From the NCBI GenBank assembly GCA_041660305.1, contig JBAZWO010000002.1:68739-132738 (forward strand): 64,000 bases of DNA, in the 5' to 3' direction. The position numbers were made by a program, and so were the translations under genes. The DNA comes from Patescibacteria group bacterium. Its GTDB lineage: Bacteria > Patescibacteriota > Patescibacteriia > UBA9570. Shown here piece after piece: positions 9,100-18,913 of the stretch. How positions within the stretch are numbered: the first letter of the stretch is position 1; each line of letters begins with the position of its first letter. The notes beneath the pieces are model-generated. The model was not told where the DNA came from. It worked only from the letters and a program-made list of their open reading frames with translations, and did no database searches.

Positions 9100-9894
9100 A
9101 TGAAACCTAAAATATTAATACTAAGTGGCTATGGCTTAAATCGTGAATCAGATGCCGAATATGCCTGGCGGCAAGCGGGGGCAGATCCGGAAATTGTGCA
9201 TATTAATGATTTGATTGCCGGCCGAAAAAAAATAAAAAATTATCAAGTTTTTATGATTCCCGGCGGTTTTTCTTACGCTGACGAAACCGGTTCTGGCAAT
9301 GCCTTAGCTAACAAAATAAAATATAATCTGGGTGATCAAATTATAAAATTTATTTCAGACGGAAAATTAGTTTTGGGTGTGTGCAACGGTTTTCAGGTGC
9401 TGGTTAATCTAGGTTTATTGCCTGGTATTAATGAGGATTATGAAAGCAGGCGAGTGGCTTTGCAATATAATGCTTCGGCCAGATTGCAGTGCCGCTGGGT
9501 GCATATCAAAAATTATTCTAAAAAATGCGTGTTTACCAAAAATTTAAACGATTTAATTTATTGTCCGGTAGCGCACGGCGAGGGCAACTTTTATACGGAT
9601 GATAAAACCCTGCAAGAGCTTTATGACAATGACCAAATTGTATTTAAATTTGTTGATGCTAATGGTAAGCCAGCTAACGGTAAATTTCCGGTTAATCCAA
9701 ACGGCGCTTTACAAGACATTACCGGTATTTGCGACGCTACTGGCCGAGTACTAGGCATGATGCCGCATGCCGAGGATGCCGTGAATTATACCAATCGGTT
9801 AGATTGGACCAAATTAAAAACGCAAAGAAACTTTAATAAACAAGACATTGCTGGATTAAAAATTTACCAGAATGCGGTAAGGTATTTTAAATAA
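9100..9894 (+). CDS. purQ: Phosphoribosylformylglycinamidine synthase, glutaminase subunit PurQ
   Basis: 264 aa with LGVCNGFQVL (nucleophile Cys) and MPHAED near the C-terminus. Confidence 0.9.
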   Translation: MKPKILILSGYGLNRESDAEYAWRQAGADPEIVHINDLIAGRKKIKNYQVFMIPGGFSYADETGSGNALANKIKYNLGDQIIKFISDGKLVLGVCNGFQVLVNLGLLPGINEDYESRRVALQYNASARLQCRWVHIKNYSKKCVFTKNLNDLIYCPVAHGEGNFYTDDKTLQELYDNDQIVFKFVDANGKPANGKFPVNPNGALQDITGICDATGRVLGMMPHAEDAVNYTNRLDWTKLKTQRNFNKQDIAGLKIYQNAVRYFK

Positions 9895-9923
9895 AATTCC
9901 GGCCTTTCCCCCTAGCCCCCTTT

Positions 9924-10006
9924 CTACCTCTCCCTGTCCTTCCTGCCTGTCCGGCAGGCAGGCGGACATCCCTCTCCTATTAGGAGAGGGAAAGAGGGAG
10001 AGGTAG
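9924..10006. repeat. G/C-run palindromic element with a nested hairpin insertion (R5)
   Basis: Same sequence as R6 (17786..17848), plus an extra CTGCCTGTCCGGCAGGCAGGC inside the TGTCC-TTCG-GGACA loop. Confidence 0.85.
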
Positions 10007-10036
10007 AATTATAGGCAAAGGGGAGAAATAATTATT

Positions 10037-10765
10037 ATGCAACCATTATATAATAAAAATAAGGGCGTAATGAATGTAGCCGGCTTCATGTCTGGCTCTG
10101 GCACAAATTTGCGGAAAATTATTGAGCATGAAAAAAATACTCAACCCAATTATCATGTGACAGTAATATTTTCAGATTGTCCAGATAGTAACGCTGAAAA
10201 AATCGGTAAAGATTATAATATTCCAGTGATTATTCATGATAAGAAAGTATATTATGCTAAGCGTAATAAGCCTTTACGTGATTTAGCGGTACGGGCAGAA
10301 TTTGATAGTGAAACTGTGCAAGTTTTAAAGCCATATAATATTTCTTGCGTGGCGTATGCTGGTTATATGAGCATAGTTACCAAGCCGTTAATTAAGGCCT
10401 TTATTGGCGTGAATGTACATCCAGCGGATTTATCGATCATGGAACATGGTAAACGAAAATATACTGGTGCGCATGTAGTACGCGATGCCATATTAGCCGG
10501 CGCTACCGAAATTCGCGCTACCACACATTTGGTAGAAGAAATAGTAGATGACGGCAGAATATTAATGATTTCAGCGCCGGTTATTATTCCGCCGGGTACA
10601 ACAACAGATCAGGCCGAGTCATATCAAAATAAATTAAAAGAAACAGGCGATTGGATAATTTTTCCAAAAACGTTAGAATACATTTCAGAGGGTAGATTTT
10701 CTCAAGACGAAACGGGAAAATTATACTTTGATGAAAAGATAATTTTTGATGGTGTACGATTATAA
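10037..10765 (+). CDS. Formyltransferase-domain protein, PurN-like (phosphoribosylglycinamide formyltransferase)
   Basis: FMSGSGTNLRKII and GVNVHPADLS resemble the PurN motifs, and the gene follows purL/purQ. An alternative start is the ATG at 10070. Confidence 0.6.
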   Translation: MQPLYNKNKGVMNVAGFMSGSGTNLRKIIEHEKNTQPNYHVTVIFSDCPDSNAEKIGKDYNIPVIIHDKKVYYAKRNKPLRDLAVRAEFDSETVQVLKPYNISCVAYAGYMSIVTKPLIKAFIGVNVHPADLSIMEHGKRKYTGAHVVRDAILAGATEIRATTHLVEEIVDDGRILMISAPVIIPPGTTTDQAESYQNKLKETGDWIIFPKTLEYISEGRFSQDETGKLYFDEKIIFDGVRL

Positions 10766-12346
10766 CTCACTTACTTTCACAATCGTGTAACCAGAGTGTT
10801 CGATGACGTTAATGATGTTATCAAGCGCGGCGGCGGTGGCATTTGAAGAACAATGCGCTAAAATTACACCGCCATCATGCAGATTGTACAACGCTCCATT
10901 AGTTACAGCTTGAATATTATTACGGTTTTGACCGGTATCACCAGTGGAGGCGGTCCATGGCCAATAACGGTAACCTAAGCTAGTCACCACTTGATCGGTG
11001 AAGACATTATGGCTACCATAAGGGTAGCGAAAATTTGGCCAGGGATTTACACCAAAGCGGTTCATTAATAACTCGGCGGCAGTAATTTCGTTACGCATTT
11101 GTGTAGCAGTTAAACTAGTAAAAGCGGGATGATTATAACTATGATTACCAATTTCATGGCCGTCATTAATCAGTTGTTGAAATTCACTAGGATGTTTTTC
11201 AATCCAATCTCCCAGCATAAAAAATGTCACCTGTAAATTATGCGCTTTTAAAGTAGCTAAAATACGATTAAACGATCCTTGTGGTGAGCTGTAACCGTCA
11301 TCAAATGTTAAAGCAATTTTTGGTCCGGTAATATAACGTTTCGGACTAGGGGCAACTGTGACAATAAAATTATTTATTTTTGGAATGAAACTAACTGTAG
11401 TTTTTCCGTGAAATGATTCATCGTAGCCAAAAAAACTGCCAATCATTTTTCCTGTCTGATAAAACACACGAACATTAGCGCCGCTATTACTGCCAGGGGC
11501 TGTTATAATTTTATCAGCTTGATGTTTTTTTTCTAAAATACTAACATTTACGCCGCCAAACATAGTATCTGGATAAGCTTTAAAGGTAGCTAAAACTTTT
11601 TTTAGCTGGGCACCATATATTTTTAACCAAGCCTGAGCTTTAGTGGCTTGGCCAACTATCAGTTCATTATTAGTATCATTGTTTATGTCACCAACAGCTA
11701 CTGTTACACCACCGTGGTAATCTGCTGGAAACGGAAACAGTGTTTGCCCAGTCCAGTGGCCAGCTTGATCAAATACTCGTACCTGCGGGCCACCACCAAC
11801 TCCGGCTCCGGTAATAATTTCAGCTTTACCATCGTTATTTAAATCGCCAGTTGTCACAAAAGCGCCGCCCTGAAATGTTTCTGAATAAGCTAAAAAGTTA
11901 GCCAGTAATTTTGGTTTATTATTTTTTAATGAATATATTTTTAACCAAGCTTGTCCGGCTGAAGCCTGGGCGGCGATTAATTCTGGAATATTATCACCAT
12001 TAACATCACCGGTCGCTAAATTTACTCCACCGCGAAAATCTTCCGAAAAAGCCAACCAGCCAGGAAATAATAATTGTCCAGCCAAAGTAAACACTTTAAT
12101 TTGCGGTTCACCATTACTTTGCGGAGCAGTAATAATTTCTATTTTACCATCATTATCTATATCGGCCGCTACGGCGTTAACACCAAAAGGCGCCGTTTTA
12201 TCATAGGCGTAAAATGATTCTATCAACTGGTATTGATCATTAAACAGGCTAACCAATGGTCCGGGAGCCTGGATTGCTTTACTAAATTTAGGGACAGCTA
12301 AACAAGCTAATACTAAAACAATTTTAATGATTTTTTTCCTCCCCAT
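10760..12346 (-). CDS. Secreted FG-GAP/VCBS-repeat protein fused to a polysaccharide deacetylase (NodB/CE4) domain
   Basis: N-terminal signal-like KIIKIVLVLACLAVPKF, repeated GD(I/V/L)NxDxxxE(I/L)I units, and C-terminal ALTFDDGY and GNHSYNHP motifs. Confidence 0.75.
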   Translation of the reverse strand: MGRKKIIKIVLVLACLAVPKFSKAIQAPGPLVSLFNDQYQLIESFYAYDKTAPFGVNAVAADIDNDGKIEIITAPQSNGEPQIKVFTLAGQLLFPGWLAFSEDFRGGVNLATGDVNGDNIPELIAAQASAGQAWLKIYSLKNNKPKLLANFLAYSETFQGGAFVTTGDLNNDGKAEIITGAGVGGGPQVRVFDQAGHWTGQTLFPFPADYHGGVTVAVGDINNDTNNELIVGQATKAQAWLKIYGAQLKKVLATFKAYPDTMFGGVNVSILEKKHQADKIITAPGSNSGANVRVFYQTGKMIGSFFGYDESFHGKTTVSFIPKINNFIVTVAPSPKRYITGPKIALTFDDGYSSPQGSFNRILATLKAHNLQVTFFMLGDWIEKHPSEFQQLINDGHEIGNHSYNHPAFTSLTATQMRNEITAAELLMNRFGVNPWPNFRYPYGSHNVFTDQVVTSLGYRYWPWTASTGDTGQNRNNIQAVTNGALYNLHDGGVILAHCSSNATAAALDNIINVIEHSGYTIVKVSEL

Positions 12347-12416
12347 ACTAACTTCATCTTAGCACAATCTTAACACAATGTTGACTAATCACCCAAAACC
12401 TTTATAGTACCTTCAT

Positions 12417-14249
12417 ATGTGTGGAATAATTGGCTACATTGGAAAACAACAGGCGGTGCCTATTATTATGGAGGGTTTAAAACGCATGGAGTACCGCGGG
12501 TATGATTCGGCAGGTCTGGCGGTGATTTGTAGTGATAAAGTACATTTATGTAAAAAGGCCGGCAAGTTAGAAAAATTACAGGAAGAAATCAAGAAATTTG
12601 ATTTAAATAGTACCGCTGGAATAGGCCATACTCGTTGGGCAACGCATGGCGAACCAAACGACATTAATGCGCACCCGCATCGTGATTGCAACGAGGAAAT
12701 TTATATTAATCATAATGGGATTATTGAGAATTATTTAGATCTAAAAGCTGGTTTAGAAAAAAAAGGTCATACTTTTTATTCTAAAACTGATACCGAAGTG
12801 TTAGCACATTTAATCGAGGAGTATCATAAAACCGTGGATTTTGAAACGGCGTTTATTGCGGCATTGAACGATGTAGTAGGTACTTATGGTATTGTGGCGA
12901 TATCCAGCAAAGAACCGAATAAAATGATGGCGGCGCGATTAGGTAGCCCGCTTATTTTAGGTATTGTGGATAATAAAGAATGTATTATTGCTTCTGATGT
13001 TTCCGCAATTATGCGGTATACGCGCGAAGTAGTTTATTTAGAAGATGGAGAAATTTGCGTGCTTACACCGAATGGTTACACAATTAAAGATTTAAAATCC
13101 CAAGTGATTAACAAAAAAATTGAACGAATTGATTGGGATATTAGCAAAGCGCAAAAACAAGGCTATCCTCACTTCATGTTAAAGGAAATCATGGAACAGC
13201 CGGAAATTGTAGTAAATTGTTTGCGTGGTCGATTAAATGCTGAAGAGGGGTTAGCACACATGCGCGGTTTTTTTGAACACGCCGAGCGTTTAAAACAAGT
13301 GAACCGTATAGTAATTGTAGCGATGGGTACAGCGCTGTATGCTGGTATGGTGGGGGAATACATGATTGAAGAATATGCCGGCATTCCTGTTGAAGTAGAA
13401 TCGGCCGCGGAGTTTCGCTATCGTAAACCAATTATTAACGATCGTACGGCGGTAATAGTAATTTCCCAAAGCGGAGAAACGCTGGACACACTAGCGGCCT
13501 TACGGGAAGCAAAATTAAAAGGCGCTTTAACGTTAGGCATTGTAAATGTAGTAGGTAGTACTATTGCGCGTGAAGTGCATGCCGGCGCTTATTCACATGC
13601 GGGGCCAGAAATTGGCGTGGCCTCTACTAAGGCGTTTATTTCACAGTTAACCGCTTTAGCCTTAGTGACTATTTTTCTTGGTCGGCAGCGTAACATGAGC
13701 ATTACCATGGGTCAACGCATTGCTAAAGAATTAACGGAATTACCAGAAAAAATTCAAACAATTTTAGATCAAAAAGATGTTATCAAATTAATCGCTAAGA
13801 AATATGCTCAATATAAAGATTTTTTCTTTTTAGGCCGAAAATATAATTTTCCAATTGCGTTTGAGGGAGCCTTAAAATTAAAAGAAATTTCTTATATTCA
13901 CGCCGAGGGTTATGGTGCCGGCGATTTAAAACACGGGCCAATTGCCTTAATTGAGCCAAGTTTTCCAGCGGTTATGTTAGTGCCACAAGATAGTGTTTAC
14001 GAAAAAACCTTTAGCAATATTCAAGAAGTTAAAGCCCGGAAAGGCAAAGTATTGGCCATTGCTACCTTGGGTGATGAAAAAGTAACACAAGTAGCGGATG
14101 ATGTTATTTTCGTACCAAAAACTTTAGAAATGCTTACGCCGTTATTAACGGTGATCCCCTTACAATTATTTGCTTATTATATTGCGGTGGAATTAGGCCG
14201 CGATGTGGATCAGCCGCGTAATCTTGCCAAATCGGTTACGGTAGAGTAG
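12417..14249 (+). CDS. glmS: Glutamine--fructose-6-phosphate aminotransferase
   Basis: Starts MCGIIGYIG, has two SIS-like regions, and ends KSVTVE. Confidence 0.95.
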   Translation: MCGIIGYIGKQQAVPIIMEGLKRMEYRGYDSAGLAVICSDKVHLCKKAGKLEKLQEEIKKFDLNSTAGIGHTRWATHGEPNDINAHPHRDCNEEIYINHNGIIENYLDLKAGLEKKGHTFYSKTDTEVLAHLIEEYHKTVDFETAFIAALNDVVGTYGIVAISSKEPNKMMAARLGSPLILGIVDNKECIIASDVSAIMRYTREVVYLEDGEICVLTPNGYTIKDLKSQVINKKIERIDWDISKAQKQGYPHFMLKEIMEQPEIVVNCLRGRLNAEEGLAHMRGFFEHAERLKQVNRIVIVAMGTALYAGMVGEYMIEEYAGIPVEVESAAEFRYRKPIINDRTAVIVISQSGETLDTLAALREAKLKGALTLGIVNVVGSTIAREVHAGAYSHAGPEIGVASTKAFISQLTALALVTIFLGRQRNMSITMGQRIAKELTELPEKIQTILDQKDVIKLIAKKYAQYKDFFFLGRKYNFPIAFEGALKLKEISYIHAEGYGAGDLKHGPIALIEPSFPAVMLVPQDSVYEKTFSNIQEVKARKGKVLAIATLGDEKVTQVADDVIFVPKTLEMLTPLLTVIPLQLFAYYIAVELGRDVDQPRNLAKSVTVE

Positions 14250-14301
14250 AATTATTTTATTGAGCGCTCACTACTTATGATGGTGTAGGGCTTTTTTATT
14301 T

Positions 14302-15744
14302 GTGAAATTACATCGGGCACAATTATTATTTTGGAGTAGTATATTTTTTTTAGCCGGCATAGCGGAGTGGTCTTTTATTTTGATTATTTTTGGCAGTATT
14401 ATTTTATTAATTTGGTATTGGTTGATTGAACATATTAAATTTAGCAGTACGATGTTATTAATGGGGTTTGTGCTGTTTAGTTGGTGGGGTGGGCAGTATC
14501 GGTTTCAGCATTATTTACCAAATACCAAACAAATACCTTATGATACAAACATTGAATTTAGTGGCCTGGTTATAAAACCGCCAAATACCGATGGAGCGAA
14601 TCAGAAATTATATATTAGCAGTAATAAATTTCCTGGTTACGTTTATATTAAAACGTTTCCGTATCCGGAATATCATTATGGAGATTTTCTTACTGTGCGT
14701 TGTAAGCTAATGCAGCCTAAACCATTTACTACATTCGCGTTTGATAAATATTTGGCGCGTTATGGAGTATTGTCTATCTGTCAGCAAGCGAAAATTAATC
14801 TTAATCAAACCAATCAAGGCAATTGGTTAATGCGAACATTGTATAATATTCGCACGGTATTACGACAACGGGTGCGATTACTTTGGCCAGAACCAGCGGC
14901 CGGTTTAATTTTAGGTATTGTGTTAGGTGTGCAAGATGATTTATTTGCCGATATTTCGGCCAATTTTCGCACTACCGGCACAGTACATATTTTAGTAGTA
15001 TCTGGTATGCACGTAGTAATTATCGCGCAGGTATTAACTAAAGTATTCAGCAAAGTATTGTCTCGAAAAAAAGTATTTATAGTGATTGTATTAGTATTAA
15101 GCGCTTTTTCGGTTATTACCGGGTTGGCCGCTTCAGTCATTCGAGCTAGTTTTATGGGTGTATTGCCGTTACTAGCTACTATTGTAGGTAGAAAACGTAC
15201 TCTACATTATAGTTTGGCACTAGTGGCGGCAATTATCGTGCTGTATAATCCATATATTTTAAAATATGATGTTGGGTTTCAATTATCGTTTTTAGCTACC
15301 TTAGGCATTATTTATTTACAGCCATTAACGCAGCGGTGGTGTAAGTGGTTACCAAGTTTATTTGAAATTAAAGAAACGCTTACTACTACGTTAGCGGCTA
15401 TGCTTACTACCACGCCACTGATTATTTCAGTATTCGGTACATTTTCGTTAGTGGCGCCAGTGGCGAATCTAATTGTAGTGCCAGTATCTAATATTATTTT
15501 GTTCGCAGGCGTTGGCATTCTTGGTGTTAGCATCATCTCAATAAATTTGACAGAATATTTAGCTTATATTTTGTGGTTAATTATTAAAGTTACGTTATAC
15601 ATTGTAGCTTGGTTAGCTAATTTACCACTTGCTTTAATACAAAATATTGTGGTACCAAATTGGGTAATTATTTTTAGTTTTTGTTTAATTATTATTTATA
15701 TCATATGGAACATAAAAAAATCATCAAATACAGCATTGTCTTAG
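14302..15744 (+). CDS. ComEC/Rec2-like competence channel, membrane part (no beta-lactamase domain in this ORF)
   Basis: 480 aa polytopic protein containing FRTTGTVHILVVSGMHV, typical of the ComEC competence domain. The track start is GTG, so the true start is uncertain. Confidence 0.7.
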   Translation: MKLHRAQLLFWSSIFFLAGIAEWSFILIIFGSIILLIWYWLIEHIKFSSTMLLMGFVLFSWWGGQYRFQHYLPNTKQIPYDTNIEFSGLVIKPPNTDGANQKLYISSNKFPGYVYIKTFPYPEYHYGDFLTVRCKLMQPKPFTTFAFDKYLARYGVLSICQQAKINLNQTNQGNWLMRTLYNIRTVLRQRVRLLWPEPAAGLILGIVLGVQDDLFADISANFRTTGTVHILVVSGMHVVIIAQVLTKVFSKVLSRKKVFIVIVLVLSAFSVITGLAASVIRASFMGVLPLLATIVGRKRTLHYSLALVAAIIVLYNPYILKYDVGFQLSFLATLGIIYLQPLTQRWCKWLPSLFEIKETLTTTLAAMLTTTPLIISVFGTFSLVAPVANLIVVPVSNIILFAGVGILGVSIISINLTEYLAYILWLIIKVTLYIVAWLANLPLALIQNIVVPNWVIIFSFCLIIIYIIWNIKKSSNTALS

Positions 15745-16565
15745 GCATTATTATTACAAGTAGCTTTGTTGCCAAGTGGTATTGGCAACAAAGTACAGCG
15801 GAGTATGCTACGGTAGCGGTGTTAGATGTTGGTCAGGGCGATGCTATTTATATTCGCAGCGTTTCTGGCCAAGATATTTTAATTGATGGTGGTCCAGATC
15901 GGAAAGTATTAGAACAACTCGGTAAACAAATGCCATTTTGGGATAGAACCATTGAATTAATGGTATTAACACATCCGCACGCGGATCATATTAACGGCTT
16001 AATTACATTGTTTGATTATTATCAAGTTAAACAAGTGTTATTAACGAAGCTTAATCGCGAACACGATCCTACTTATCAAGCATTTCTCACCCAGATTAAA
16101 AAACAGGCTAGCCAGGTTCAGTACGCGCAAGCCAATGATATTATTCAGCTTGGTAATAATGAACAATTAAATATTATTTATCCGTTTGCTAATACACTAT
16201 TAGACAACATAGAAAATCTTAACGATACCTCAATTATTTTAGATTATCAATTTGGTGAGCATAATATATTATTAACCGGCGATGCTAGTGTAGAGCTAGA
16301 ACAACAGTTAATTAATAATCAAAAATTATTTGATATAGACATATTAAAAGTCGGTCATCATGGCAGCAAATATTCATCGAGTGAAGCTTTTTTACAAGCA
16401 ATAAAGCCAGAATTAGCCGTGCTATCGGTTGGAACGGGTAATAGTTTTGGACATCCAGCGCCAGAAGCGCTCCAGCGGTTAAAAAACAGTGAAATTTTAA
16501 GGACGGATCAGTTAGGGGATATTGTGTTTCATGTTACAACAGCAGACATTGACCTAATTCGTTAA
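15705..16565 (+). CDS. ComEC-type metallo-beta-lactamase domain protein with an N-terminal TM helix
   Basis: [24 protein letters not shown] and VGHHGS motifs. The ATG at 15705 overlaps the previous ORF by 40 nt in a different frame. Confidence 0.75.
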   Translation: MEHKKIIKYSIVLGIIITSSFVAKWYWQQSTAEYATVAVLDVGQGDAIYIRSVSGQDILIDGGPDRKVLEQLGKQMPFWDRTIELMVLTHPHADHINGLITLFDYYQVKQVLLTKLNREHDPTYQAFLTQIKKQASQVQYAQANDIIQLGNNEQLNIIYPFANTLLDNIENLNDTSIILDYQFGEHNILLTGDASVELEQQLINNQKLFDIDILKVGHHGSKYSSSEAFLQAIKPELAVLSVGTGNSFGHPAPEALQRLKNSEILRTDQLGDIVFHVTTADIDLIR

Positions 16566-16614
16566 TTTAGTCTACAATAATAACTGTGTTTTTATAATTA
16601 TTTATTTTTTTACT

Positions 16615-17784
16615 ATGGGCATAAAAAATACGCGTAAATTATTTACTTCGGAATCGGTTACCGAAGGGCATCCAGATAAAATTTGTGATCAAGTGGCCGA
16701 TGCGGTGCTAGATGCCGTATTAACCGATGATCCAAACAGCGCTTGCTGTTGTGAGGTATTTACCACTACCGGTATGGTGTTGGTTGGTGGAGAAATTACT
16801 ACCAAAACTTATGTAGACGTGCAAACTATTGTACGGAATGTGTTAAAAGATATTGGTTATAATAACGCCGATTATGGTATTGATTATAAAAGCTGTGCGG
16901 TAATTAATGTGATTCATGAACAAAGCGGTGATATCGCGCAAGGTGAAAATCCGAAAAAAGCGTTACACAAAGCGCAAGGCGCTGGCGATCAAGGTATGAT
17001 GGTGGGTTTTGCTTGCACAGAAACGCCAGAGCTAATGCCGTTGCCAATTATGATGGCGCACGGTATTACCAGACGCTTAGCCGAAGTGAGAAAAAAGAAA
17101 ATTATTCCTTATTTACGACCCGATGGTAAGGCTCAAGTAACAGTGGTGTATGAAAACGATAAACCAGTTGGCATTGATACGGTTGTAGTAGCCGCTCAGC
17201 ATAATGATGATGTACCATATAAAAAAATTCGCGCCGATATTATTAAGCACGTTATTAACCCAGTGTGTGGAAAGTTATTGAATAAAAAAGCTAAGATTTA
17301 TATTAACGAAACTGGTAAATTTGTTACTGGCGGCCCACAAGGGGATACTGGAGTAACTGGCCGTAAAATTATTGTAGATACCTATGGCGGCATGGCGCGG
17401 CATGGTGGTGGGGCGTTTTCTGGAAAAGTGCCGAATAAGCAAGATAGAAGCGGCGCTTATATGGCTAGATATATTGCTAAAAATGTAGTAGCGGCTGGGT
17501 TAGCCGATAAATGTGAGCTGCAGTTAGCTTACGCTATTGGCTATCCAGAGCCAGTATCAATTCATGTGAGTACGTTTGGTACTGGAAAAGTAGCCGAAGA
17601 AGCTATCGAACAAGCCATTAGACAAGTATTTGATATGACGCCAGCGGGAATTATTACTACGTTAAATTTAAAACGGCCAATTTATCGTCAAACCGCTTCT
17701 TATGGCCATTTTGGTCGTAGTGATGTGAAGTTGCCTTGGGAACAGACTGATAAGGTAAAAGAATTACGAGTAGCGGTAAAATAA
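16615..17784 (+). CDS. metK: S-adenosylmethionine synthase
   Basis: [22 protein letters not shown] and GGGAFSGK motifs. Confidence 0.95.
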   Translation: MGIKNTRKLFTSESVTEGHPDKICDQVADAVLDAVLTDDPNSACCCEVFTTTGMVLVGGEITTKTYVDVQTIVRNVLKDIGYNNADYGIDYKSCAVINVIHEQSGDIAQGENPKKALHKAQGAGDQGMMVGFACTETPELMPLPIMMAHGITRRLAEVRKKKIIPYLRPDGKAQVTVVYENDKPVGIDTVVVAAQHNDDVPYKKIRADIIKHVINPVCGKLLNKKAKIYINETGKFVTGGPQGDTGVTGRKIIVDTYGGMARHGGGAFSGKVPNKQDRSGAYMARYIAKNVVAAGLADKCELQLAYAIGYPEPVSIHVSTFGTGKVAEEAIEQAIRQVFDMTPAGIITTLNLKRPIYRQTASYGHFGRSDVKLPWEQTDKVKELRVAVK

Positions 17785-17785
17785 T

Positions 17786-17848
17786 CCTACCTCGCCCTGT
17801 CCTTCGGACATCCCTCTCCTATTAGGAGAGGGAAAGAGGGAGAGGTAG
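17786..17848. repeat. G/C-run palindromic element (R6)
   Basis: CCTACCTCGCCC-TGTCCTTCGGACA-TCCCTCTCCTATTAGGAGAGGGA-AAGAGGGAGAGGTAG. It starts 2 nt after the metK stop. Confidence 0.85.
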
Positions 17849-17853
17849 AATTT

Positions 17854-18822
17854 ATGAATAAATTTAAAATGAAATATCTCATATCAGGCTCAGTGGCCTA
17901 TGATCGGATAATGGATTTTCCGGGAAAATTTTCGGATCATATTTTGCCACACAAAATTCATCAAATTAACGTTAGCTTTGGTTTAAGTACGCTGAATGTA
18001 AATTATGGTGGTACGGCTGGTAACATTGCTTATAATTTAGCGTTGTTAGGCGAAAAACCTTATATTATTTCGCAAGTGGGTAATGATTTTAAAGAGTACC
18101 AGACTTGGCTATTAAAGCACAAAATAAATTTAAGTTGTGTTAGAAAAATTACAGGTACAACTTGTCCAACGGCGCATATTATTACCGATCAGAGCGATAA
18201 CCAAATCACCGGTTTTTATTTTGGTGCCATGCAGTGGCCAGCTACGCAAGATAAACAAATTGTTCAAAAATTAAAACGTGTCTCTGCAACCATCGGTTTA
18301 ATTGCCGCCGGCAATGTTGATGACATGATATATTTGGCAAAAATATACAAACAGCAACATGTGAAATATATTTTTGATCCTGGTCAGCAAACAATTTGGT
18401 TAACGTCCGTGCAATTAAAAGCCATTTTAAATGGTGCACATGGTTTAATTGTGAATGATTATGAATTGGCGTTAATTCAAAAAAAATTAAATGTTTCACT
18501 AGCTAAATTAATAAAACAGTTACCGTATTTAATTGTTACGTTAGGTGAAAAAGGGGCAATGTGGTATGTGTCTGGAAAAAAGTTTAACCTGCCGGTAGCC
18601 AAACCAAATAAAGTATTGGATCCTACCGGAGCTGGCGATGCTTATCGAGCCGGTGTTCTATTGGGCTTAACCCGTAATTGGGATATTCAAACTACTGGTC
18701 AAGTATCAGCCTTGTGTGCTACATATGCCATAGAACACTACGGTACGCAACAACAGGCTTATTCAGTTAATCAATTTAAGAAAAGATATTATCAAGTTTT
18801 TAGAAAAAAATTAATTATTTAA
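17854..18822 (+). CDS. PfkB-family carbohydrate/nucleoside kinase (adenosine kinase-like by context)
   Basis: 322 aa with DPTGAGDAYRAG near the C-terminus. Sits between metK and ahcY. Confidence 0.7.
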   Translation: MNKFKMKYLISGSVAYDRIMDFPGKFSDHILPHKIHQINVSFGLSTLNVNYGGTAGNIAYNLALLGEKPYIISQVGNDFKEYQTWLLKHKINLSCVRKITGTTCPTAHIITDQSDNQITGFYFGAMQWPATQDKQIVQKLKRVSATIGLIAAGNVDDMIYLAKIYKQQHVKYIFDPGQQTIWLTSVQLKAILNGAHGLIVNDYELALIQKKLNVSLAKLIKQLPYLIVTLGEKGAMWYVSGKKFNLPVAKPNKVLDPTGAGDAYRAGVLLGLTRNWDIQTTGQVSALCATYAIEHYGTQQQAYSVNQFKKRYYQVFRKKLII

Positions 18823-18858
18823 TCAAACTCTTCTCATTTAATCTTGTCTAACTTTTTT

Positions 18859-18904
18859 CCCTCTCCTTAGAGGAGAGGGATGTCCGAAGGACAGGGTGAG
18901 GTAG
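18859..18904. repeat. G/C-run palindromic element, inverted relative to R6 (R7)
   Basis: Its reverse complement, CTACCTCACCCTGTCCTTCGGACATCCCTCTCCTCTAAGGAGAGGG, matches the left part of R6 apart from a few bases. Confidence 0.85.
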
Positions 18905-18913
18905 TATATATTT

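Noticed and set aside
12347-12416. Possible glmS ribozyme upstream of glmS
   Set aside because: The intergenic gap is only 70 nt and AT-rich, which is too short for the ~170-nt ribozyme core. No conserved core sequence is visible.
14302-16565. Calling the split ComEC a pseudogene
   Set aside because: Both parts are long intact ORFs, and the second has its own ATG plus a TM helix. Without read data or orthologs, a functional two-gene arrangement is at least as likely, so it is reported as a finding rather than a pseudogene.
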